A DNA stretch of 63,365 nt, counting the filler, from Globobulimina sp. (lineage: Eukaryota): the NCBI GenBank assembly GCA_003354225.1. It is 50 parts of 50 records of this genome, joined end to end, with 100 filler letters (N's around TTAATTAATTAA, not from the genome) between each part and the next. Parts side by side here need not be neighbours in the genome. Positions count along the whole stretch, not along the records: positions 48,243 to 49,411 come from PIVH01021813.1; positions 49,512 to 50,680 come from PIVH01021814.1; positions 50,781 to 51,949 come from PIVH01021815.1; positions 52,050 to 53,218 come from PIVH01021816.1; positions 53,319 to 54,487 come from PIVH01021817.1; positions 54,588 to 55,756 come from PIVH01021818.1; positions 55,857 to 57,025 come from PIVH01021819.1; positions 57,126 to 58,293 come from PIVH01021820.1; 42 more parts are not named here. One strand, written 5' to 3'. This document shows positions 48,471-61,056 of this stretch, piece after piece. Every line of letters begins with the position of its first letter. The stretch's first letter is position 1. The notes beneath the pieces are model-generated. The model was not told the DNA's origin. It did no database searches and saw only the letters and a program-made list of their open reading frames with translations. Both the position numbers and the translations under genes were made by a program.

Positions 48471-49411
48471 TACGCGTGGGACTGCGAACTGTGTACTTTT
48501 CGTAACGAGCCAGAAGTGTTCGACTGCGAAGTGTGTAAACATCCGCGGCCATTATCCAAACAACGGCATCTCACGCAAGACTCCATTCGCTTGGACAGTT
48601 TGCCCGTTTTGGGCGATCCGGTCAATACTTCCATTTCATTCAACGACATGTTTCCAGACACTCCCAACATGGAAAACGGTCTCAGTCAGAACTTGCACAG
48701 AATTGACGAGCGGCCGTATGACGAAAAGAGCGAATCTAAGGAGTCGAAGGAGGAGGAACAAGTATCCACAATTAAAGAGCTGATATGCCAGATAATGAAC
48801 GGCGAGTCGGTGGCTTCCATCAAAGCCTCCGACGTGGAAAATATCTTATTATTATGCCACGACACCTTCACCGATTCGGAGACTATGCTAAAAACCTTAT
48901 TGTCGCAAGTCAGCGACGCGAATTTGATGGATGCGACGTGCCGCATTCGCGGAGTCAATTTGTGCGAAAGCTGGATTAAGAAATATTGGGATAATGACTT
49001 TGCTGAAAACGAGCAAATGACGGAGATTATGTACGCGTTCATCGACGATCTGCACGACTCGCAATTACCGGATAGCGATATCAATTTGTTGCTGCGCATC
49101 AAAAAAGTGTTTGAGGAAAAGATCGAAAAGCGGATGAAGCGAAGGTCGACGTTCAAGAACATCGGGAAATGGATTGGTATGATGTATACAGTGCAGATTT
49201 TTCACTGTTTTTCACCTCAAAAAAAAATGATTATGTGCTTAGGTGATGTGGATATACCAAAGAATTACGACGTGATGAAGGATAACAGCACGCAAGTCAT
49301 AGCTGAACAGATCACGTTGATGGACTTTGCCATTTTTCAGTCGATTACCCGGCGCGAAATGACTGGGCAAGGCTGGAAAAAGAAGGATCGCGCTGTGCGG
49401 TCTCCGCATTT
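48471..49411 (+). CDS. RasGEF (REM + CDC25 start) with RanBP2-type ZnF, partial; intron 49177..49242
   Basis: WDCELCTFRN...CEVC; LLLCHDTF; NLCESWIKKYW.NDF; IAEQITLMDF.IF.SI..RE....W.K. Confidence 0.9.
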
Positions 49412-49511
49412 NNNNNNNNNNNNNNNNNNNNNNNNNNNNNNNNNNNNNNNNNNNNTTAATTAATTAANNNNNNNNNNNNNNNNNNNNNNNNNNNNNNNNN
49501 NNNNNNNNNNN

Positions 49512-50033
49512 GCCGGGCGCGATCATGATTGGATTGAATTCGACGCAGAGAAGCGGATCAAAGAATTCACCGGCGACGACAACGACGCTTTTACCAAAGC
49601 TTTTGTATTTGTGGATCCAGAAGCAGAGGATCACAAGTTCCAAATAGCGGACGTCATAGACGGCAAAATGACCGTAGTCCCTCAGGCGGTATTTTTAGCC
49701 GCGGCAAGTATTAAAACCGACAAGACTATGAGCGGAGCCCAGAAGCGAGCGACGATTGACAGCCTTGATCAATATTATGATAAGATTGGATTAGAAAGCC
49801 CATTTATAGAGCGCGAATGCTTTAGAGTGGACGATCTAGGCGCCATGGACGAGCGCACACTAGAAAAAACTTTAAAAGCCGGGGGAGTATTTCCCGGAGA
49901 AGTAGCTAAGACCATAGTAAGTGCCCTTAAATCCTTCATGCGAGATGCGGACAAGGAAGAGAAGCGAGACGCGGATCAGAAGGAAGCCGACGACCTTTTA
50001 GCTAAAATGAAATTAATCAACCGTAAATTTTAG
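49512..50033 (+). CDS. Phage head protein C-terminal part (probable HK97 prohead protease extension/scaffold), 5' partial
   Basis: W....AEKRI..F....KAFVF.D....KFQIADVIDG....VP.A...AA domain seen in phage head modules; lies directly upstream of the capsid gene. Confidence 0.6.
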   Translation, partial: AGRDHDWIEFDAEKRIKEFTGDDNDAFTKAFVFVDPEAEDHKFQIADVIDGKMTVVPQAVFLAAASIKTDKTMSGAQKRATIDSLDQYYDKIGLESPFIERECFRVDDLGAMDERTLEKTLKAGGVFPGEVAKTIVSALKSFMRDADKEEKRDADQKEADDLLAKMKLINRKF

Positions 50034-50037
50034 GAGA
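50032..50037 (+). promoter_or_regulatory. Shine-Dalgarno site for the capsid gene
   Basis: AGGAGA 5 nt upstream of ATG 50043. Confidence 0.7.
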
Positions 50038-50042
50038 ATACT

Positions 50043-50680
50043 ATGGATATGAAAGAATTCGGCAATCAGCTCGAAGTTATGTCGAAAGGCATTACCGCGG
50101 CGCAAGATAAAGCCGATCAAATTGGCACGGAGTTATCCGAGTCTAAGGAGATAGCAGAAAAGACGGCGAAAGACGTTTGCGACGCTATCGAAAAAATTAA
50201 CGCCATGCAGACGGAAGATAAGCACAAAGAGCTTAAGGACCGCATGGAAGACATAGAGACGGCAATCGCTACCTCTGGCCCAGCCGAGAAGAAGCAAGAC
50301 AACGCTTATTCTCACGCTATGGCGGCTTACCTGCGTAAAGGTGCCGACAAGGCTCCTATGCCTCAGGACTTGCACGAAGCGACACTTACGCGCTTTATGC
50401 AAAAATCGCTATACGGTGCCAGCGAAGACGAAATACGTTCGCAGGTTAAAGACTTGGTCGCGGGTTCTGGTCCAGACGGCGGGTACCACATTATCGCCGA
50501 ACGTTCTAACCGTATGATTGAGCGTATTTTCGAAACCTCTCCTATCCGTGGTCTTGCTAATATGGTGACGACTACAAGCGACGTTTTCGAAATGTTACTC
50601 GACGACGACGAGGCGGATTGCGACTGGGTCGGCGAAGTGTCAGATCGTGACGACACAAACACGCCTAAGATCGGCTTGAT
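50043..50680 (+). CDS. HK97-family phage major capsid protein, 3' partial
   Basis: Coiled-coil delta domain, YLRKG, L..GSGPDGGY, SPIR.LA.., WVGE...R..T.TP. Confidence 0.92.
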
Positions 50681-51398
50681 NNNNNNNNNNNNNNNNNNNN
50701 NNNNNNNNNNNNNNNNNNNNNNNNTTAATTAATTAANNNNNNNNNNNNNNNNNNNNNNNNNNNNNNNNNNNNNNNNNNNNTTTTGTATGCTGTTGTATAC
50801 TGTAAATGTGTGTTTTTTTTAACAAAATGACCGTCATTTGTTGTAACAAAAAGAAAGTAAAAATCTGTATGTACAAAAAAAGAAATTTTTAATACAACAC
50901 GTGTTTTTTTTGTTTTTTTTGCAGAGTGTTTCTGCAATATATACATTCAGAGCAGTTTGTATCCAGCCAGCATAGCGGGATTTATTTATGAAAACTGCCA
51001 TGTTTAATTTAAGGGTATGGACCTGGACAATTTCGTTTTTTTGACAAACGTTTCTCATTTCCAGAGTGTTGGGGTCCACCCAAATATTGCTTCAATTCAA
51101 TTAATTCTTCTTTGTTTAACTACATATATATTATTATTACAATAATCAAATACCATTTCATTCTTAAGACAAACATTAGTTGTCATGATCGAAACATTTT
51201 TTACAAAGTAATTTTTGACTTGCTCAAATTTACAAACTATTTAAAAGCATGCTGTCGTCAGGCAAAGGTTTGTCTGCGTGATAACGATATGGATTATGGC
51301 AATGGACAATGAGAAGATGCTATGACTGGATTATGCGCAACCGACTGCCAACAGAAATTTATTATAATATCAATCAAGAAAAACGAAAAGAAACACAA

Positions 51399-51555
51399 TT
51401 GACTTTTTAGGCTTACACTTCTAAACACTTCTTTTGTATTCGAAGTTGACGTAGGATTCGAATCCTAGTATTCAAAGTTGAAAACCATTCTAGCTAACCC
51501 AAAAACCTTGCCAATCACAAAAGAAGTGTTTAGAAGTTTAAGCATAAAAAGTCAA
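51399..51555. repeat. Foldback/MITE-like element with 39-bp terminal inverted repeats
   Basis: TTGACTTTTTAGGCTTACACTTCTAAACACTTCTTTTGT (51399..51437) versus 51517..51555, 37 of 39 matches; internal 16-bp palindrome. Confidence 0.8.
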
Positions 51556-52049
51556 CTATTAACAAATAATATTTTATGACAATGAACACATAATAAATCA
51601 AAAAGAACATAGAAACAATTGTTAACAGTGCAAACCAAGTTAATTTAATGCAAATAATACATAATAATGTAAGTATAAATAATAAGTATTTATAATAAGT
51701 TATATTTTATAATGAAATTAATATTTAAATAAATATATTTAATAAGGGAATAAAAAATTGATATGTTGTAATATTACAGGCGGAAGTTTATGTTTTTGAT
51801 GTGTATAACGAGGAGCATAGCGATCGTCTTCTTTTAATTTGATTTGTTTGTAAATTTTGATTGGTCTCTGGAGTCTGGATCAATAATTGCCTGCATATAT
51901 TTATGATTTTGTATGTGTTTAAAGTAACATTCAAACATCAAAAACATTTNNNNNNNNNNNNNNNNNNNNNNNNNNNNNNNNNNNNNNNNNNNNTTAATTA
52001 ATTAANNNNNNNNNNNNNNNNNNNNNNNNNNNNNNNNNNNNNNNNNNNN

Positions 52050-53218
52050 CGAAAAAAGCGAGTCGAAGTTAAAGACGTTTTAAATAAAAAAGCACCGTTA
52101 AAAAACGAGGATATTGATGGTAGAAATAAAAGAAAACCGAAGAAAAAATATAAAATCGTGGAAGAGGTGAAAGAATATACATATTATAAAGGAAAAGGGA
52201 CGTTAATCATCGGTCCGGTTTCGTTAATCGGTCAATGGGAATTGGAAGTGGATAAAATGTCGACCGCCAACTTAAAATATGCCCGTTATTATGGTCAAAG
52301 GTCACGAAATATTAAAAAATATTTGGACTACGATATTGTGTTTACAACATATGGTATATTATCAAAAGAAAACAGCCACGATCGAGCAAACCACGTATTG
52401 CATAATATCGAGTGGCATCGGATTATTTTGGACGAGAGTCATTCGATTAAAAATGGCATGGCCTTTACCTCGCTGCATATCAACGAATTAAAAGCCAAAA
52501 ACAAATGGTTATTATCGGGCACTCCCTTTGAAGCACCGAGTTGGTTAGAAAATCAATTACGTTTTCTAGGCATTCAAAATGAACACTTAAATGCGATGAA
52601 ATTGAAGAAAAATCAGTACAATGCGGCTGTGATTAAAATTGTAAAATATATGATGATGAGACATAAAAAAGGACAGCAATTTAATAAGAAATCCATCTGT
52701 GACTTGCCTGAAAAAAAAGAGGATGTGATTTTCGTGAATTTTGATGCCAAACAACAACAATATTATAATAAATTGTATGCCACAGCACGAGAAACATTTG
52801 ATTCGTACAAAGCTACGGATAACGTCGGACGGGGAAGCATTGCCATTTTGGCCTCATTGCATCCAGCCAGACAAGCCTGTTCTGGCTATATCGCCAATAT
52901 GAACGAAATTGAACAACAATTATCCGTCGCGCAACAGCGATTGCTTACTATCCGAGCCTTGGTGGAGGAGCACGGTGATAAAACCAAGAAGGAATTGTAC
53001 GAGTTGGCCCGCGAAGAGGCCTATAACAAGGATGGAATGTGCGTCATTTGTCTGGAGGCGCCGCCCGACGAACCCTTACAAACGCCGTGTCGACACATCT
53101 TATGCGGCGAGTGCATTATCGCCTGTTTGACCGACGGAAATGAGGAATGTCCGATTTGTAGGAAGGGAATGAAAAGAAGTGAATTGAAAATCGCCTATTC
53201 GGAGGAGAAGATTCAAGA
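52050..53218 (+). CDS. SNF2-family helicase with RING finger (Rad5/Rad16/HLTF-like), partial
   Basis: TLII.P.SLI.QW..E, TTYG, W.RIILDESH.IKN, W.LSGTP, C3HC4 RING CVICLE...PCRH.LC..C...CPICR. Confidence 0.93.
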
Positions 53219-53318
53219 NNNNNNNNNNNNNNNNNNNNNNNNNNNNNNNNNNNNNNNNNNNNTTAATTAATTAANNNNNNNNNNNNNNNNNNNNNNNNNN
53301 NNNNNNNNNNNNNNNNNN

Positions 53319-54074
53319 GTCTTGTAACAACGAGACAGTTAAACCCCTGATTTTTGTGTCCAAATCATGTGAATCACGTAATTTGTCCATAGTATGTTGG
53401 ACGTCATCATCTAAAGACAAACAAAAACGTTGACAATTAAAACAGTGCGAAAACAGATTAAATGGAACGTACAGTTGTTTTTGGAAGCAAACTCGCGGGC
53501 CCTTTTGATCAGTTTTGTGAGATAATGTATTTGTTGCGGTGGTAACTTTAGTTTTGTATTTAAAATGTCTAACATTGTCTGAATATGCTCATCATCCAAA
53601 TCATATAAACCAAGCTTTTTAGGATATTTTTTACCATTTTGACTAATTATAATGGATCGAAGTGTTGATGCTAGTTTTGCATTCATTTCATGATCAACAC
53701 AGTTTGCAATATTTATCCAACTCATTGTTGAATGAGCGGTTTGTAATTTATTTGAAATATATTTAATTATATTTTTGTCATAACTCGTATCGATATCAAT
53801 TGGTTTTATATTGTCATTGAATCGTTGAATTTCCTTTGAACTCTTATTATTGTATTTAACTTTGACCCATTCCTGATTTGTGTCTTGATACACAAACATG
53901 TCACTGATTTGAGCATGAAACCATTTTGTATTTTTACGAGAATATATTAAGCAAAATGAATTTATATGCCATGATAATCGTTTGTTTACATCGTCAACAC
54001 ATTTAATAACATCTTCTTTGGGGTATCCTAATTTACAAAGTTCAGCAATCACAGTATACCGGCTATTACTCATA
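53319..54074 (-). CDS. Hypothetical protein with UBA-like start and Tudor-like segment
   Basis: ELCKLGYPKEDV; IYSR...KWFHAQI......EWVKVKY....KEIQRF. Confidence 0.45.
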
Positions 54075-55091
54075 GGTAAATTGCGACTTATTGCGTAATT
54101 AAAATTGAATTCAAGGTCCGAGGCTAGGTCCCATGTAAAGAAAAGTAAAGTCACCACGTATTCAAAAAAAACAAAAGCAACATTAAACAATTATTAATTA
54201 AATCAATTTATACGCATTCACCACATCCACAATCATCACTACATTCTTGTCCTCCAGTAATATTTGTAAATTGATCACCACATTTTATGTTGACACATGC
54301 TGTTGGTGCTGCACATCGGATGCTTGTGCATGGTACAGCGATACATCGTACATCTTGACAGCCAATGCCTACTGCAATCAATATATCACTCATTTCAAAG
54401 TAAAATAACTAGCTACAATTTGGATATGATATAGCTTAATGTATTCTAATAACAGTTCTGAAACTCATTTTGTGCCATTGTGGATAANNNNNNNNNNNNN
54501 NNNNNNNNNNNNNNNNNNNNNNNNNNNNNNNTTAATTAATTAANNNNNNNNNNNNNNNNNNNNNNNNNNNNNNNNNNNNNNNNNNNNACTCAATATTGTG
54601 ATTTCACTTAACATAACAATATATATAAATCCCAATAAAAATATACTTATGCAAATAGCAAATACAATTATCCCTCATGGGATTGTAATGTCAGTATAAA
54701 ATAATTGTGGTTTGTTGATGCTTGTATTGTGAAAGAGTTGAATCGTACTCTACCTATTTGTAATATTGAAGAAAGACAAAATAGTGGCCAATGGGATGTT
54801 TGTGGAAATTCGGGATTTGCTTATGTTTCGTCGGGAGTTTTCTTACTTTTTCATCAAAAACAAAAACTCTCTTTCTTATTTAAGTCCTTGACTTGGCCCA
54901 GTCCATTCATTGATTGCTTTGGTAATCAATTGATGTTTGGATTAATGGGTCAATTCGCCGATCGCGGCAATTGATAATTAACAAAATGGCACAATAATCC
55001 TATTCATTAATGGCGCAATCTCGCAATTCTGATTCAATTCAATTCAATTCGTGGACGACGATAGCCATTACTCAGCGGCGCAAATTCGCAA

Positions 55092-55756
55092 TTAATTATT
55101 CCGAGATCCATGGCGTTGGATGGTTGTCGAGGACTGGGAGGTATTTCTATTTCGCTGAATAATTTTGTTACAATACAAATAATTTAGATTCAAAGGCATG
55201 GCACATGAGCAATGCAGGTGGTTTGTTTTAAAAAGGTTCTTGCGATTGCCGACATAATGCGACTGCATATTATACAGGACTTGCTGCCCAATGCTGATTG
55301 GGTCATCGATTTTATTCGTATCATAGGATTTTTTGCGCATTTTATTCCGGAGTATCGCATAAATTCGTATTGCAATGGGTAATATTTATCGGCGCATACG
55401 TAGTCATCCGATTTGGCTGCGAATTATATTGTATATTGTATGATTGGGAGATAGTCGGACCATCGAGAAAATTAAGGCCTCCGTCGCGCGCAATCAATGC
55501 CAATCTCTCTTTTCAATGAAATAGTTACAATTCGACCTGTTGCGACATAATTTTCTGGAGGTGAACTTTTGACGTTTCTTCACCGGACCTTTCTCGTCAT
55601 CGTTGTCGCGGAGTTTACGGCGTGGTTTTCGGGCTGCGACCAATGAGGAATACGGAGGATTCAGTATAATCATATTAATATTTATGCCAATGGTATTTTT
55701 CGATGGTTTCATCGCGTATTTCAAGAGGAATAACCTTCGTATCCTGCTCTTTAATG
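55092..55756 (-). mobile_element. Decayed LTR retrotransposon integrase remnant
   Basis: Fragments IQYNSQPNRMTTYAP and RKKSYD......IGQQVLY......GN.K.L resemble the integrase C-terminus; multiple stops and frameshifts. Confidence 0.5.
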
Positions 55757-55856
55757 NNNNNNNNNNNNNNNNNNNNNNNNNNNNNNNNNNNNNNNNNNNN
55801 TTAATTAATTAANNNNNNNNNNNNNNNNNNNNNNNNNNNNNNNNNNNNNNNNNNNN

Positions 55857-56566
55857 ACAATAAAAGAAGAAACATCTCGAATACAAATACCAATACAAAT
55901 AATACTAATAATAATAATAATGCAACGACATCAGACTCGATCTCAGACTCAGAGATTAAAAACGAAAGCACAAAGAATTTAAAAACTGAAGTTGTAGATA
56001 TCGATACCTCCCAAATACCGATATTAGGACAGAAACGAAATCTAATTAAAAGTGATGATGATGCACCAAAAGCAAAACGAATAAAATTAGATATCGATGG
56101 CAATGTGGATGATAATAACAATAATAATAATAATAATGATAAGAATGGTGGTGATATTCCAATTGATTTTGATTCTTTATTCAAAGACTTAACGGATAAA
56201 AACATTTGCAACTTTATGAATAATAATGAGAATAATAATGATATGCATACTATTAATAATAATAATAATATGGCCATCAATGTGGATGTAAATACAAATC
56301 AAGCAATGGATTTTATGGATAATGGCTATGGCTATAATAATTTTTTAACTTTACCTTCGATGCCAACATTTTATATACAACAAAATAATAATTATGGCAA
56401 TAATAATATATTTAATGAGATTGAGAATTTAAGTAATTCTGTGAATTTGTATCAACAATTTCAAAATCAAGGACATGCCACCAATCCAAGTGCACTCCAA
56501 ATGTTAGCAACTGTTGCATTGACATTGCAAAATCAAAATAATAATACAACAAATAACTTACAATAA
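55857..56566 (+). CDS. Asn-rich low-complexity protein C-terminus
   Basis: Open frame with poly-N tracts and basic NLS-like KRIK. Confidence 0.5.
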
Positions 56567-57125
56567 ATATAGACATTACAAAATCTTGTTTGAAAATAAC
56601 ATAGATTTGAATTAAATACACGATTAAACTCAACACAATGTGAGTTTCGTCTACTTTTGATCAAATTTTGTTCTATAGCGTCGAATTAATTCTTTTTTTG
56701 CATTGTTCAGTATACACAAATTTATGGATATTTCCTGACATATTTCAGACAACGTTACATTAATTTTTCGCTGTGTTCTGTTATTTTTTTCGTCCTGACC
56801 AACTGGGATACAAAAGTGTTTCCAAAATGTACTTATTTTCTTACCAGAGTTGATGTGCTAGGTGTAGTGGTAGTAACTGCTCATTAGGGTTTTTGCTTTT
56901 AGTTCATTTCTTCAATCAACATTTAAATTTTCTATTTTTACTAACATTTGAGTGCTTCACTTTGTAACTAAGTATGCTGACCATGGGCAATAACTTTTTG
57001 GCAAAATCCCCCAGATGGTCGAATCNNNNNNNNNNNNNNNNNNNNNNNNNNNNNNNNNNNNNNNNNNNNTTAATTAATTAANNNNNNNNNNNNNNNNNNN
57101 NNNNNNNNNNNNNNNNNNNNNNNNN

Positions 57126-58293
57126 TCGACGCCGCAATTTTAATATTTTGTGCCGAGCTGTCTCATGATTCGCATCAGTATCAATCAATAATAAGTCTTC
57201 CAACTCTCCATTGTTATCCTCTGACACCTCTTTATTCTCGGTTTCTTTCTCTGTTTTTTTATCAGAAACCACATTTACTGTCAATAACGGAGTGCATTTG
57301 TATTGCTCTGTGGTCTCTATCTGCAAACCATAGGAGACACAGCCGGCGATGCTCCGGTTCCAGTCGTTGTTGGTGGGATAAATATAAGTTTTATAATCTT
57401 CATTGCTGAGATGTCTATTTGCTGAGATACTGATTTCTGAATCAAATGTACTTTCATATTTGACTAATTTCTCAGATTGCTGCTTAATCAAATTCATATT
57501 AATGGGAATATTGATATTTGTCAGGGTCTTTGCGGAAAACCAGGAATTTAGTTTTAATTCGACGTCAATGGATTGTGGTTCTTGCAACATTTTCATTTCT
57601 AATTCAAGCTGCACATCGCACACAAAACTAGGAAAGTGGGCGTATATTTTATCTGTACGCGTAATGTTTGTACTTTTTATCTTTGTATTTTGATAATTAT
57701 TCACTTTGACATGAGCAGAAATGCCGCAATTTGTCAGTTGCCGCCTACGGAATCTTTCTCGTGTGTTACATAGATCTGTTTGCGAAATGTCACACGAATT
57801 TGTATCAATGTAAGCAATGTAATGCACAGTTCCTGGTTTATCTAAATACGTATTTTGTCGCTGGATAATATGTTCGCGGACTCTATTTTCATTAAATAGC
57901 TCTGCACTTCTTTCCTGCTGTTTGTTTGCAATATTTTTCAGTTTGATTAGATTTTTAATGTCATTCAATTCATCATTCACAGCGCGTTTATATGCAATTT
58001 GCTGTTTAATTCTATTCGTTTCAATCTTTTTTAAATATAGCATCAATTTCGTGCCTTGATATATTGTGCTGGTCACCGACGTGGACGATATCAACGAAGA
58101 GTGATTGGCGAATTTGTATGGACCGTTATTGTATCGCCAGGCGACCAAATTGCGCCAATTCATATATATTTTAGTAAACAATCGTTTTGTTTCAAATTGT
58201 AACGCATCCTTTTGTTGCCTGCTTGTGATCAATTCGTCCAATAACTGTATGCAGAGTACATTGTTCTTTTTGTGTTGGATTAGTTGCTCAATT
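57126..58293 (-). CDS. CC2D2A: CC2D2A/MKS6 ciliary transition-zone protein (coiled coil plus N-terminal C2), internal fragment
   Basis: EL..SRQ.KD......RL...I...W..L...R, AY...V..EL, KPG, D.C...E..RR, VKVNN, EPQSI..EL, RHKILKLR align with the CC2D2A layout. Confidence 0.75.
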
Positions 58294-58733
58294 NNNNNNN
58301 NNNNNNNNNNNNNNNNNNNNNNNNNNNNNNNNNNNNNTTAATTAATTAANNNNNNNNNNNNNNNNNNNNNNNNNNNNNNNNNNNNNNNNNNNNCCATAGC
58401 TTGATATTGACCACTTTTTTTTATTGGTTTCACACAAAATTGAAATTCTTTAAAATAATACAATAAAAATATAATAATTGCTTCGATTACTATCAATACA
58501 AAAAATCCAATACAGCAATCCCTGTACGTCAATATTGATTTGTTTATATATATATATATATATATTGCTTCTATTTAAAATCATATAGATTCTATATACT
58601 AAACAGATAATGCTAAAAGCAAAGTATTGTTGATATACCATGGCTTCTGAGTTTTTCTACTCTAAGTCTAAGCTCTATATTGTTTCTGAGAAACGAAAAC
58701 CGGACTTTCTAATTAAAGTACAATGGTACAAGC

Positions 58734-59524
58734 TCAAGACGTGTCATATCGAATGGTTATATTATAATAATCGCGCTGCGATGGTGCATATAATGAAGGA
58801 AACACAGTACTTAAAATAGTAAATAAATTATCAAAATTTACATTTTCTTGACCCATGTCATCCAACATTGTTATTGCAGCATCGCGTCGAGGATCTTTAG
58901 CAGCTTTCCAATAATCATAATTTGAAGAATCTTTTAAGAATAACGGCGCTGTGTACTCCATTCCATTTACATATGGAGCTATAATTTTGGTGTTACTCAA
59001 TCTATCCACAGCTTCATCAAATGTAGTGTCTCGAATTAATGCTTCACGAATCAACCAATTGCAACCATCGGGAAAATAACCCTTTTCTATATCCAATATA
59101 TTTCCCCATAATTATAGTAATTGCAAATGCATTTGGTTTAAATCCAGATGGTACCCCAACATAACCCGCAGCAGTGGCCATTTCATACAATGTCTTAAAT
59201 TTACTGTATCGTTACGTAAAACCGTTGGAAAATCAAAATTGCGGCCATGATATACTTTGCCTTTCGGGTCAACAGCAACACATTGCGACTAAATCATAAA
59301 TTAAATTCACAGCCAATGCATTGAGAAAAATATTCAATTTCACTCTTATACGGTTCAGCCATATCATTGCGCCAATATGACATAGCAACATCTTCAAATG
59401 CTGGTTGTAATGCATTCATTGCATCCTCTTTTTTATCTTTACAAACTGGTGCGTAATATTCACTTGCTGGTAATGATATATTCAAAATAGCCACAAAAGC
59501 ATGCATAATAAACAAAATAGCCAC
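58734..59524 (-). pseudogene. Acid ceramidase / NAAA (Ntn-hydrolase) pseudogene
   Basis: PY.SEI, VA.D..G.VYHGRNFDF, AGYVG..SGFKPNAFAIT, WLIREAL....FDEAV..LS..KIIAP, DPRR..A...L; several stops and deletions. Confidence 0.82.
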
Positions 59525-59661
59525 AAGGCCATGGTTAGTTCGGACTGATTGAAAACTTGTTNNNNNNNNNNNNNNNNNNNNNNNNNNNNNNNNNNNNNNN
59601 NNNNNTTAATTAATTAANNNNNNNNNNNNNNNNNNNNNNNNNNNNNNNNNNNNNNNNNNNN

Positions 59662-60034
59662 TGAAAAGGTTGGATTTTCAATGGCTATTTGTGGATTTTT
59701 GTTGAGGGAATTATCAAAATATTATTTAGGAAAACATTTTACATATATTCTAAGTACACAACGTGATCATAAAGTGGTTGATTGTGGGCCATATGGATTG
59801 GTGCGACATCCCGGTTATACTGGAATGTTATTGTTGAGCATTGGCAATACGCTGTGGTCTCAATCACAATTATCTGCTTTGACTACAATATTAAGTGCAC
59901 ATCAATTCGTCGCCAAACGGATACCCGACGAAGAAACCTTTCTGATGGATGAATCACGAAATGGTGAGCTTGCACTGTCATATAAAGCCTATAAAACAAG
60001 AGTTGTCAAGAAATTAATACCATTCATATATTGA
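59662..60034 (+). CDS. Isoprenylcysteine carboxyl methyltransferase (ICMT/PEMT) family, 5' partial
   Basis: LGKHFT, HKVV..GPY.LVRHPGYTG, RI.DEE..L, Y..YK..V..LIPFIY. Confidence 0.88.
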
Positions 60035-60131
60035 TATCATGTGTATATTGATGTTATTATTTTTTAGTTCATGCAAGAAACTAACAGTAAATTAATATAG
60101 TTTGAGTAGGATTTTTTTTCAGCGTCAGACC

Positions 60132-60760
60132 ATGGCGCAACAAATTGAAGGAGAAACACACTCGCAATCAATTAGCATATGGATGAAATCCAATAATATC
60201 ACTTTATCCGACGATGCAATCAACAAATTGAAGCAAAATGGATTCATAACAATGTATGTGATGCAATCAAATCGCTCGTCCGGTATATATACCAAATAAA
60301 TTATACTTAAAAACATATAGAGAAGATTTGCAATACTGTTCGACTGAGGAAATGGACAAAGACTCGAAAGATGAAATGGAGATGAAATTAGCAGATAGGA
60401 AAAAACTAAAGAAAGCCATGCAAATATTGACAAAAGATGAGAAGAATCCGAATGCATTGAATGAAGCAATTACAATGATGGGATATCCAAATGTCACAAA
60501 TGATGCATTGGATATCGATGAAGATCTTGATTTGTTGCGTTTAAAAGAAGGAATTACTTTGATGGGCTTTACTGAGCGTGGCCTCATTGACAATTTATAT
60601 ATTGGTAATTTACACAAATTGTCTGATCGAAAGGGTTTGTATTCAGAGGAGAAAACAGCGCATGAATGGACTATGTTTATTTCTGTGTCGACGGATAAAT
60701 TAATCAAACCACAGTCAATCAGACAAGTCACATATTACTTACATCCCACATTCCATCCAT
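60132..60760 (+). CDS. SAM + UBA-like + YEATS domain protein, truncated; intron 60254..60320
   Basis: SAM W.............KL.QNGF.TI|EDL...S.EE; YEATS LYIGN.H...HEWTMFI...IRQVTYYLHPTF.P. Confidence 0.72.
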
Positions 60761-61056
60761 GCCTTGAAACACGGCGTTGATTCCATCTGTTGCCATCTGT
60801 AAGGAGAACAGTCCACCCATCATAACAGANNNNNNNNNNNNNNNNNNNNNNNNNNNNNNNNNNNNNNNNNNNNTTAATTAATTAANNNNNNNNNNNNNNN
60901 NNNNNNNNNNNNNNNNNNNNNNNNNNNNNCAACTCATAATCAGAACATTTTGATATTTTTATACAAACAACTTTCTATTTTTGTGTTTCAGATTTGATTT
61001 ACATTTCCTTTCCTGAGTTTCCTCTACAATTTGTTGAACAAACTAACAATATCATT

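Noticed and set aside
55801-56280. Leu-rich minus-strand ORF resembling a membrane protein
   Set aside because: Antisense shadow of AAT (Asn) repeats on the plus strand.
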